From Chthoniobacteraceae bacterium (GTDB taxonomy: Bacteria; Verrucomicrobiota; Verrucomicrobiia; Chthoniobacterales; Chthoniobacteraceae), in contig JBBCKI010000049.1 in assembly GCA_037190965.1 (NCBI GenBank), forward strand, positions 1-64,000: DNA of 64,000 nucleotides, written 5' to 3'. Numbering within the stretch: position 1 is the first letter of the stretch; each line of letters begins with the position of its first letter. Made by a program: the position numbers and the translations under genes. Below the pieces are notes generated by a model. That model did not search any database. It was given only the letters and a program-made list of their open reading frames with translations, and was not told where the DNA came from. Shown here piece after piece: positions 39,335 through 47,755 of the stretch.

Positions 39335-39715
39335 CTAGCGGAGAGGCAGACCCGCATATAAAATCAGCGCGCCTAAAATCACGCCCACCAGCGCCCAGAG
39401 TCGCATGAAAGTCGAGGTGCGCCGGAGCCACCATTGGATCATGGCATCGACCTTGGTCCGCCCTAGAAAGAACAAAACGAAGGCGACGGCGATGATGATG
39501 ATTCCGACAATGGAGATGAACGCCGGGAAACGCGTTTGAGAAGCTCCAATAAGAAAAACAATCCCCAACAGAAGGCGAATTCCGATTGTGACCGAGAAAC
39601 GAACGGCGGTCCACCGCGATATAACCGCGACAAAACTCTGGGGCGCGAGCATTGCCAGCACGCTCATCACCATCACAATCAGCCCACCCAATGCCACGAG
39701 CCAATTCATATCCAC
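39335..39715 (-). CDS. Hypothetical small membrane protein (4 TM)
   Basis: Four hydrophobic segments; co-oriented between recognisable genes. Confidence 0.65.
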   Translation of the reverse strand: MDMNWLVALGGLIVMVMSVLAMLAPQSFVAVISRWTAVRFSVTIGIRLLLGIVFLIGASQTRFPAFISIVGIIIIAVAFVLFFLGRTKVDAMIQWWLRRTSTFMRLWALVGVILGALILYAGLPLR

Positions 39716-39824
39716 TCCCCTTCAAAATACACCCGTTTTGAGGATACGAAACGCCATCTTTCGCGACTCAAATACCCCAGGCAGTCCGGCTGGGCCATCG
39801 CTTCCCCCGCTTTCGCCAAGTCTG

Positions 39825-40364
39825 TTAACCTAACGCGGTTCGTCCACGCCTGAAGTCGAGGGTCTGGACGAAGATCCCGACTACTACAAGCGCGATTCCG
39901 ATAATCCATTTTAAAGTGGGCGAAATAGTCAGCGCATCACAGATCAGAACCGCCCCGCTGAAGGTGGTGAGGAGGATCAGAGCCCAGTCAAAAAGAAGTG
40001 AAACGACAATTGCGGCAATGATCGCGCCGACAATGGACGCAAGCCAAAGGACGGACGGATCACTCCACCCGAACGCAATCATTAACCGGGCGGCAAGGGC
40101 GCCTCCGGCAAACCATCCCGCCACCGCGACGGCCACTCGCTGGAGCACAATCGCCAGAATGGCACCGACGATGGCGAGGGTCACGGCGACCAGGAAAATA
40201 AGGAGCTGCGATTGCCCGGGAATTAGCGTCGGCGCAAGGTTCAGGCCCGTAAAAAAGCCGACGCCGCCCACAAAGATCCAGAAAACGCGCCGCCCCACCA
40301 GAAGCAGCAAAAGGCCGATAATGATCGACAACGCGTCGGCAGTCGGATGATGCAGCATTTCCAT
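39825..40364 (-). CDS. DUF4203/TMEM198-like membrane protein
   Basis: GLLLLLVGRRVFWIFVGGVGF...ILLTTFSGAVLI. Start uncertain (40358-40388). Confidence 0.7.
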   Translation of the reverse strand: MEMLHHPTADALSIIIGLLLLLVGRRVFWIFVGGVGFFTGLNLAPTLIPGQSQLLIFLVAVTLAIVGAILAIVLQRVAVAVAGWFAGGALAARLMIAFGWSDPSVLWLASIVGAIIAAIVVSLLFDWALILLTTFSGAVLICDALTISPTLKWIIGIALVVVGIFVQTLDFRRGRTALG

Positions 40365-40510
40365 CGTTCTTGGATAATCCCCGCTCAAACTTTCGCGCGA
40401 GCGAAACCGCGGAAGTTATTGCCCCCTCGATAGAAGATTCGGCCAGCAGAATCGCTCCGAATGGATCAAGTGCCGAGATTATCGACCCATTCAGTGGTGG
40501 AAAAAACTTC

Positions 40511-42307
40511 TCAATCCCCGGCCGCGCCCATCCGGTTCGTCCCTGCCTGCGTTTGCTCTCCGGCTTCGTTGTTTACGTTGGCCTCGAGACATCCGTCGAA
40601 GCGATTGCCGTGGTACCAGGTTCCCTTGGCGCCCGCCGCAATATCAATTCCGAAACGTGCCGTGCTGCCGCCTCGATTTGGACTACCGGGGGGCTCGTTG
40701 CCGATCTTGCAATTGATCACATCGCCACCTACGGACGTCGCACCGACCTTGATCGCGGAATACTTACCCTTGTGCGCCTCCCGGTTCTTTCCGTCAAGGG
40801 ATGGCCGGTAGATCTGCACCCCGCTGATGTGCCAGCGCTTGCCATTCATCTCCAGGCCGTTCTTGTAGGCGCCGATGACCTGCCCGCCGTAGATGCTCAT
40901 ATCCTTCGACTCCGGCCCCATATAAACGCAATTGCCCTGATACGATCTCATAAAGTGGGGGTTGTAGATCGCAACGCCGCTTCCCTCGTCGTTGTAAACG
41001 TACTCGCCGCCCAAATAATCGCCGCCGAGATAGAAAAGCGTGAGATCCTGGAAGCGCCCGTTCAAATTAGGCACGGTGCCAGGCTCGACGGGGTATTCCT
41101 TCGAACCATAGGCATAGGTTTTTCTGGCCGGCCCCTTGGTTCCCGCTGAGTCGGTCCACGTCGCCGGTACCATGCGGTAGCCTTCCGGCACCATGAGCCT
41201 GTCGGAAGGGTCCACATTTTTGGCGCGGCTGATGTAAACCCCATACCGCACGTTCTGATTTTTCAGCGTGGCCCCATTAACCGAGGCGGCATTTTCCGTG
41301 CACCAGAGGCCGACGGTCCAATTCGTGGGGTCGGTCTCGAGCTTTGCGCTGCCAAAGCTCAGGTTTTCCACATAGAGCACGTGCGTATCGCGTTTAACCT
41401 TGTTGCTGGTCCCCATCTCGTAAAGCTCAGGAGCGCCGCCAAATTTGATGCCATATCCAATCTCCGTCGGTCCATCCGCCGTACCGTCCCCCGCGCGGAT
41501 GCGGCTCATCACCACATCGCGGATCATGAAACCGAGCCCGCGAAACAGACGAATGCCATTGTAGGGATTATTGATGCGCAGCTCCTCGATCACCAACTGG
41601 AAATTGAAGAACGCAAAAATGGCATTCCCTCCAGTTCGGGCCTTGGCGTCGATGGTCAACCGGGACAACTTGCCCCACCGGAGCTGGTTCACGCCGTCAC
41701 CGAATTGGATGCAGTCCCCCTCACCCGGTCCGAAAAACAATTCGCTGCCCCCGGTGTTGTTGCCTCCCGGGCCCGTGCCATACAACACCGTCGCATCCTC
41801 ACGGGCCAGGATCGTCCCCTGAATTTCATAACGGCCCCGTGGAACAAACGCCCCCTTGCCATAGGCCAGTGCATCATTGAAAGACTGCGTGTTGTCAAAA
41901 CCCGGTTCCGGCTTCGCCCCGAACTGCAAAACATCGGGCCTCTCCTCCGCCAAAAGGTAGTACCGCCTGTCCTGGCCGTTGGCCTTTCCTACCAGATAGT
42001 GCGAAGTGGGACGATCCTGCATCTTCTCACCCCGCGGCTGATATTGCGGAATGGCGGTGCCGGAAAATACATAAAGCGCGCCGCCCTTCCCCGCCTCTGT
42101 ATAACCCGTGGTGCGCACCGACTCAACCTCCGGTCCCAGGATCATGCCTTCCGCTTCCGCCCGCGTGCCCGCCGCCACTTCCTTACCAAAAGCAGAGAAG
42201 CCGAAGCACGAAACGGTGACGCAGATGCATGCCAACCGGTAGAGCAAAAGAAACATCCTGTGCGAAATAGCGCGCCTTGTTAGGAAGAAGCCAGTGTCCT
42301 GGGTCAT
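40511..42307 (-). CDS. Secreted beta-helix protein (Pectate_lyase_3 / tailspike-like polysaccharide depolymerase)
   Basis: Signal-like N-terminus, VRTTGY...GKGGALY, DVLQFGAKP...DNTQSFNDAL...VPRGRY, beta-helix repeats. Confidence 0.7.
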   Translation of the reverse strand: MTQDTGFFLTRRAISHRMFLLLYRLACICVTVSCFGFSAFGKEVAAGTRAEAEGMILGPEVESVRTTGYTEAGKGGALYVFSGTAIPQYQPRGEKMQDRPTSHYLVGKANGQDRRYYLLAEERPDVLQFGAKPEPGFDNTQSFNDALAYGKGAFVPRGRYEIQGTILAREDATVLYGTGPGGNNTGGSELFFGPGEGDCIQFGDGVNQLRWGKLSRLTIDAKARTGGNAIFAFFNFQLVIEELRINNPYNGIRLFRGLGFMIRDVVMSRIRAGDGTADGPTEIGYGIKFGGAPELYEMGTSNKVKRDTHVLYVENLSFGSAKLETDPTNWTVGLWCTENAASVNGATLKNQNVRYGVYISRAKNVDPSDRLMVPEGYRMVPATWTDSAGTKGPARKTYAYGSKEYPVEPGTVPNLNGRFQDLTLFYLGGDYLGGEYVYNDEGSGVAIYNPHFMRSYQGNCVYMGPESKDMSIYGGQVIGAYKNGLEMNGKRWHISGVQIYRPSLDGKNREAHKGKYSAIKVGATSVGGDVINCKIGNEPPGSPNRGGSTARFGIDIAAGAKGTWYHGNRFDGCLEANVNNEAGEQTQAGTNRMGAAGD

Positions 42308-42349
42308 TGAATATTTAAAGAATGAATTTCCTCGTTTCCTCGTGGCTCA

Positions 42350-43165
42350 TCAAGGCCGGAGGCCAGCGGACGCCTCGCTCTCAACATCAGTACCCGCAAT
42401 TTTCTGCCGGGTCGTCACGGCATGAAAGCGCTTTTCGTAATCGGGATGGTTGGTGCCCATCATCCGGTCCCAGATATTGAAATAGAGACCGTAATTTCCA
42501 CGAAAATACTGGTGATGCATCGTATGGTTGGTCGGCGTGTTCAAAAATTTGCCCAGCCACGATTTGAGAAACCAGAAGGGATAGATTTCGAACCCCGCGT
42601 GACCCACGACGTTAAACGAAAGCTGCCACAGCATGAACAGGAGGAACGCCTGACCACAAATTGGATAAAGAAAAATCACCAGCGGAAAAATGGCCGCCTG
42701 AACCAAGGCCTCCAATGGATCGAAGGCATAAGCCGCCCACGGCGTGGGATTCGTCGACCGATGATGCGCTTTATGCATCAGCGGAAAGAGACGGGGGTGA
42801 TGCATTATCCGGTGAGTCCAATAAAAGTAGGCATCGTGCAGAAAAATCGTGATGACGATGCTGAGCCAGAACCAATCCCATCCGTACTTATCCATCCCTG
42901 AATAATAATGCGTCCAGCCTTGGCGGATCGCAAGCACGGTCGCCAACCCCACGATTCCGTAAATGAAGCTTGTAAGCACCGAGAGCGCGAGCTCCCTGCG
43001 GACGTCTTGCCCCTTCGGAAATCTATCGATGATCTTGCGGTGCAACCAATGTCTCCGTCGGATCACGTAAAAGAAAACCCATAGCAGCCCCGCCGCCACC
43101 GCATAGCGGAAGAACTCGACGGAACCGATACCGATCACTTTTTTGAAGTCAAAGAGGTTCATCAT
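42350..43165 (-). CDS. Sterol desaturase / fatty acid hydroxylase family protein
   Basis: His boxes HDAYFYWTHRIMHH, HKAHH, GH, HTMHH; NYGLYFNIWDRMMGT. Confidence 0.9.
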   Translation of the reverse strand: MMNLFDFKKVIGIGSVEFFRYAVAAGLLWVFFYVIRRRHWLHRKIIDRFPKGQDVRRELALSVLTSFIYGIVGLATVLAIRQGWTHYYSGMDKYGWDWFWLSIVITIFLHDAYFYWTHRIMHHPRLFPLMHKAHHRSTNPTPWAAYAFDPLEALVQAAIFPLVIFLYPICGQAFLLFMLWQLSFNVVGHAGFEIYPFWFLKSWLGKFLNTPTNHTMHHQYFRGNYGLYFNIWDRMMGTNHPDYEKRFHAVTTRQKIAGTDVESEASAGLRP

Positions 43166-43249
43166 CGTTGAATTCAAGTCAATTCAGGAGCCGATGGTTT
43201 CCTCGTCCTGTTCAGGAAACGCTCGGACCGAAACCGAAAGGCGTCCTGC

Positions 43250-45409
43250 TCAGGCGGCCTTCCTTGCTCCTTTGCGCCGGAAGAAGATTGCGGCCGCAGC
43301 AGCCGCTCCAGCCAGCAAGGCGTAGGTCTGGGGTTCGGGAACGACCTGAAGGGAGACGATTCCGTTGGAGTAATCGAGCGAATAGGAATATCCTCCAAGG
43401 CCCGAGATGCTCAGGTTCGAAAGGTTCACATCTCCCGTATAAGCGCTCGTGCCCGCGTCACTATAGAAGGCGAACAAATCGAATGTCCCCAACTGAGCGT
43501 TTGAAATCGAAAGATTGACGTTGCTTCCAAGGACCAGGTCGCCGTCGGTGAAATTATAAAACCGGACCGAGTCGCTCGTGTTGGTAGCTCCAAGCTTGAA
43601 TACGAAGGAAGAACCGTCGAGCATCGAGAGGCCGCCGGTCGTCCCTCCGAAATCGAAGGTCAAAGTGCCAATGTTTGCCGTTCCCGCGGCGATGCGCCCC
43701 CCTGATTCGACCGTGATGGCATTGGCCGACCCGAGGGCGACATAACCCAGCCCTCCCAAAGTTGCCCCGCTGTTAACCGTGACGGCTCCCACCCCAACCC
43801 CTGACCCGGTTGTATTGTTGACCAGCAAGGTTCCTCCACGGATCACCGTCCCTCCGCTATAGGTATTGCTGCCGGTAAGGCGCTGGGCTCCCGTGCCGAT
43901 CTTTTCCAAGCCGCCCAAACCGCTGAGGACGCCCGTGTAACTGTTGGGAAGGTTCGAATTGTTATTTCCAACCCGCAGTGTGACAGCGGAAGAGGCAGTA
44001 TCGTTAAGGGCGATATTTCCGCTCCCGATAAGAGTTCCCACAGTATAAGTGCTGCTCGTGGTCGAAAACCGAAGGCCGTCCGCCACACGCACGTTGACCG
44101 TGCTGTTTTGAAGGGCATTGGCGTGGCCCAAGGTAATGTTATTGTTGGGCGTTCCAGGGGCCACCTCGGTAGTGCCGCTGAAGGTGCTCGCGGCGGTCAA
44201 AGTCCAGGTTCCGCTGTTTTGCTTGGTGACCGTCCCGTTCGAGCCCGAAATGACACCGCCGTAAGTGAAGCTACCGGTACGGGCAACAACGAACGCCCCG
44301 CCGTTATCCAAGCTCACGTCTCCGGTGATCGAGCCCAGGGAACCGCCGTTGCCAACCTGCAATGTCCCGGAACTGATCGTCGTCAGTCCCGTGTAGGTAT
44401 TGGCGCCGGTCAACACCGTCGTGCCCGCTCCGATCTGCGAGACGCTGCCCGTGCCGGAAATCACGTTGCTGTGGATCGCGACATCGGAACGGTTGAAGCT
44501 CAACTGCGCATTGTTCACAATCGCTCCGGCCAGGGAACCGGAAGTGCCTCCGTCGCCCAGTTGAAGAACCCCTCCGGAGATCGTCGTACCCCCTGTGAAC
44601 GTATTCGTTCCGGTCAAAATTTGAACACCGGTACCCGTCTTCGTAAAATCAAGAGTATTGCCCGATCCGCCATTGGCAATGGTCCCGCCGTAGGTGGAAG
44701 TGCCGCTACCCGCGACAATCAGGTGACCAAGAGAACTCCCGCTTGAGGACTGGGTCTGAATGACACCGCCCGTTCCGGAGAGGCTCGTCGCCGACAAACC
44801 GCCGGTCCCCGAGGTAGTTCCCACGATATTGATCACCCCACCGTTCACCGTCAGGTCATTGAATGTGGCTGTTCCCGAGTTGGCCAGGATAAAACTCGCC
44901 GTACCGCCGGTTACCAGCGCGCTTCCCGTCGAAGAAAAGGCTTGGAGATACTGGGTTGCGCTTGAGCCAAACCTAACCGCCCCCCCGCTCAAAGTGATAT
45001 TCGCGACGCTCAACGACAGCAAACTTGAAGAACTTCCACGGAAGGTCAAAGTCCTGGACGAATTGATGTTCAAAGTACCGCCGATTGTCAGCGTGGAATC
45101 CGAACTGCTCGTTGCGTTGATGATATCGACGTCACGTACGGTACTGTTGAAGGTGATGTTATTAATCGCACGGCTTCCCTGAATCTGCAGAGCGCCGGTT
45201 CCGGCGTCATTAAAGCCCACAATATTGTCGGTCGAGGAAGGCACTGCGGCCGGAGTAGTTCCATCCACGCGCCAGTTCGAGGCGGTTCCCCAGTTGGCAT
45301 TGGCAGTTGCGTTCCAGGAATAATCCGCAGCCTGGAGACTCGGCAGGAAAGAGGCTCCAGCCAATATCACGGCACCAACGAAAGGGAGGTATTTGGGGGG
45401 AGTGTACAT
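43250..45409 (-). CDS. Autotransporter-associated beta-strand repeat protein with PEP-CTERM sorting signal
   Basis: Four K.G.G...LTG.NT(F/Y)(T/S)G.T.I..G.L-type repeats; C-terminus VVPEPQTYALLAG...FFRRK. Confidence 0.92.
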   Translation of the reverse strand: MYTPPKYLPFVGAVILAGASFLPSLQAADYSWNATANANWGTASNWRVDGTTPAAVPSSTDNIVGFNDAGTGALQIQGSRAINNITFNSTVRDVDIINATSSSDSTLTIGGTLNINSSRTLTFRGSSSSLLSLSVANITLSGGAVRFGSSATQYLQAFSSTGSALVTGGTASFILANSGTATFNDLTVNGGVINIVGTTSGTGGLSATSLSGTGGVIQTQSSSGSSLGHLIVAGSGTSTYGGTIANGGSGNTLDFTKTGTGVQILTGTNTFTGGTTISGGVLQLGDGGTSGSLAGAIVNNAQLSFNRSDVAIHSNVISGTGSVSQIGAGTTVLTGANTYTGLTTISSGTLQVGNGGSLGSITGDVSLDNGGAFVVARTGSFTYGGVISGSNGTVTKQNSGTWTLTAASTFSGTTEVAPGTPNNNITLGHANALQNSTVNVRVADGLRFSTTSSTYTVGTLIGSGNIALNDTASSAVTLRVGNNNSNLPNSYTGVLSGLGGLEKIGTGAQRLTGSNTYSGGTVIRGGTLLVNNTTGSGVGVGAVTVNSGATLGGLGYVALGSANAITVESGGRIAAGTANIGTLTFDFGGTTGGLSMLDGSSFVFKLGATNTSDSVRFYNFTDGDLVLGSNVNLSISNAQLGTFDLFAFYSDAGTSAYTGDVNLSNLSISGLGGYSYSLDYSNGIVSLQVVPEPQTYALLAGAAAAAAIFFRRKGARKAA

Positions 45410-45491
45410 GATTACTTAGGGGGGTAATTGTTGGAATGATTAAAACTGCGGACGGTTATTCTAGTTAGTCCAAAAATGTGCGCTTTTTAGT

Positions 45492-46352
45492 TTATTCCCA
45501 CATTCCGGCTTCCTTCAGGCTTTTGTCAGGAGTTCTTGAAAAATGTTTGCTTACGAAATCCAAAACCGGCCCCAACCCGGCCTGAACGCTCGGAAAAGAG
45601 TGCCCCCCGGGCAGCCTGACCACCTCGTGGGAAATCTTTTCGTCGGTCAGGATCGCCGAAAGACGGTTGTTCATGGCGGCGTCAGAGGCCTTTTCCCCGA
45701 TGACCAGAAGAATGTTGAGGTTCTTCAATTCCCTTGCCCGATTGATCGGGTTGAACCCGGGCCATCGGGCAGGATCATCGCCGAATGTAGCCGGAGTGAG
45801 CGGGAAGCGAACCCCTTCGGCCGGAAAGTCCACCACCGCAATGATGGTCGCCAAGGTCGAAAACGATTCAGGATGCCGGAGGCAGGCCCAAACCGAGCCA
45901 AAGCCCCCCGCCGACCAACCGCCGATGGCGCGCTGTGAGCGCTCCGGGCTGATCTTCAGAACCTTGCCAGCCAAAGCAGTGACTTCGTCCAGATAGCTGG
46001 CGAACTGTCGCGCGGGATCGAAGGGCGAATTGAAATACCAACCATTCTCCCCCTTGGGCAATACGATGACATAAGGCTGCCCGAGCAGTCGTTCCCGGCT
46101 CGCAGGATCATCAATGAGCGTCTTTTCGTTGCGTCCCAGCCCGTGCAGGAAAAACAAGACCGGCCAAGGGCCTGGCTTCGACGAATAGTCTTTTGGAAAC
46201 ACTACACTGAATGCCATCGGTTTCCTGAGGGCTTCGCTCCTGAAAGCATAGTGTCCGATACGGTCGTCCACTTGCGTCTCCATCACGCCCTCCGGCAGGG
46301 GAGCCGCAATCGCCCGTTGCAACAACGCCAGCAGTAAAATCCACTTCTTCAT
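45492..46352 (-). CDS. Secreted esterase (alpha/beta hydrolase, CE1-like)
   Basis: Signal peptide, WPVLFFLHG, GGWSAGG, PGGH. Confidence 0.85.
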   Translation of the reverse strand: MKKWILLLALLQRAIAAPLPEGVMETQVDDRIGHYAFRSEALRKPMAFSVVFPKDYSSKPGPWPVLFFLHGLGRNEKTLIDDPASRERLLGQPYVIVLPKGENGWYFNSPFDPARQFASYLDEVTALAGKVLKISPERSQRAIGGWSAGGFGSVWACLRHPESFSTLATIIAVVDFPAEGVRFPLTPATFGDDPARWPGFNPINRARELKNLNILLVIGEKASDAAMNNRLSAILTDEKISHEVVRLPGGHSFPSVQAGLGPVLDFVSKHFSRTPDKSLKEAGMWE

Positions 46353-46385
46353 TGGTTCGAAAACAGTCAGTCCTTCCGGCTCTTT

Positions 46386-47147
46386 TTATTGCGCTCCCTT
46401 TTCCACAAGAGCCTCCGTGATACTGGCGGCAACCTGCCGGGCCAGAATCACCGATCCATCCTTGCTGAAGTGCACACCATCGGCGGCCTGAATGGTCGCG
46501 ATCTTTGGCAAGGCAAACGCATGCAGGTCGTCCACCCGCACCCCGTTTTCCTCCATGACTCTCTTTGCGGCCTCGTTATAGAGGATTTCCGCCCGGGCAT
46601 CGCGACGGAACCTCCCCTGCGTCTCATGCACCAGGGGCGTCGTTGTCGCAAAGACCAATACTGCCCCCGTCTCTTTCAGGCGGGCGACAAGAGTACGCAG
46701 GTTCTTCTCATACTGTTCAACGGTGACGTTCTGCTTGCCGCTGTCCAGATACTTCAGATCGTGCATCCCCCAGTTGAAGTGAATGACGTCCCACTTCTCC
46801 TTGCCAAGCCATGAGGCAAGATTCCGAAGGCCGGAACGGGTCGATCCGCAGTTGGTCGGCGGCCGATGGACATTCGCCTTTCCCTCCAGGGCCTTACGGG
46901 TTGGGATGGTGTAGCCCATGGAAATAGAGTCGCCGATCAGAAGCACCCTGGGCAGGCCGGGCGTATCCTGGATGGGAACCAGGGATGGCGAACTATATTC
47001 GATTTCCGTCGCTTCATCCACGGCGGGTGATTCGACGGGCGGTGTTTTCCCACCACAAACACCGATGCCGAGGGCGGCAACTGCAAGGAAGCAAACCCAT
47101 TTTCTTGTGCGAAAAAAGAAGCTCTGCGTATTGAGATTCATATTCAA
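46386..47147 (-). CDS. SGNH/GDSL hydrolase (putative carbohydrate esterase)
   Basis: LIGDSIS, FNWGMHD, DGVHF; N-terminal signal (possible lipoprotein, GIGVC). Confidence 0.9.
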   Translation of the reverse strand: MNMNLNTQSFFFRTRKWVCFLAVAALGIGVCGGKTPPVESPAVDEATEIEYSSPSLVPIQDTPGLPRVLLIGDSISMGYTIPTRKALEGKANVHRPPTNCGSTRSGLRNLASWLGKEKWDVIHFNWGMHDLKYLDSGKQNVTVEQYEKNLRTLVARLKETGAVLVFATTTPLVHETQGRFRRDARAEILYNEAAKRVMEENGVRVDDLHAFALPKIATIQAADGVHFSKDGSVILARQVAASITEALVEKGAQ

Positions 47148-47165
47148 TTATCTATTGATCGAAGA

Positions 47166-47753
47166 CTAGGGTTTTGCGGCCGCTGGCTCCCCGGCCACAG
47201 CGGGCAGAACCAATCCAGGCAACTGTTTAACGGCGCGAGGAAAGAGCACGGTCACCTTCTGCAAAGGCCTTTTACCATCCTCTCCGGTCGGCAGGGGCGG
47301 AGGCGCTTTGAAACAAACCGCCATCTGAATCCACCCGCCTGGTCCGAGAGTGGTCATCATCGCGTTCGGCCCAAAATACGGTTTTGAAGGAAGAGTGGAC
47401 AGGGCAGCAAATTCCTGGCGGGTGGCTTCATCGACCAGGCGCGCCGATGCCAGGCTGAATGCCCGGGGGAGTTCCTCATCGTCTTCCATCATCCCCTTGG
47501 CGGACTTCGAGGTCCTGACGTGGCGGCGACGCTTGGTCTCTTTTGGAAGATCGCCAATCATTACCGGCTCGGTCAATGTCTCGTCCGACTTCAGGCGAAT
47601 CACCATCAGAACATGGGAATCATCCAGCCGCTTGATGTCAAAGACCTGAAGTTTGACGCCAGGCCAGGTCGTCGGCACTTCCCTACTCTCCTCGGCAAGC
47701 AGGGAAACGCTCAGGAGAACCGAGAGCAAAATTGGGAGCAATGAAGACTTCAT
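47166..47753 (-). CDS. Hypothetical secreted protein following the pilin cassette
   Basis: Signal peptide MKSSLLPILLSVLLSVSLLA; starts 2 nt after the cassette A stop. Confidence 0.7.
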   Translation of the reverse strand: MKSSLLPILLSVLLSVSLLAEESREVPTTWPGVKLQVFDIKRLDDSHVLMVIRLKSDETLTEPVMIGDLPKETKRRRHVRTSKSAKGMMEDDEELPRAFSLASARLVDEATRQEFAALSTLPSKPYFGPNAMMTTLGPGGWIQMAVCFKAPPPLPTGEDGKRPLQKVTVLFPRAVKQLPGLVLPAVAGEPAAAKP

Positions 47754-47755
47754 AT

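Noticed and set aside
26000..40510. Central block as an integrative element or prophage
   Set aside because: I found no integrase, transposase, tRNA or convincing att repeats at its edges; horizontal origin remains only a hypothesis.
43800..44700. Repeated DNA segments in the PEP-CTERM gene as a possible CRISPR or tandem array
   Set aside because: They are degenerate protein-level autotransporter-associated beta-strand repeats, not identical nucleotide repeats with spacers.
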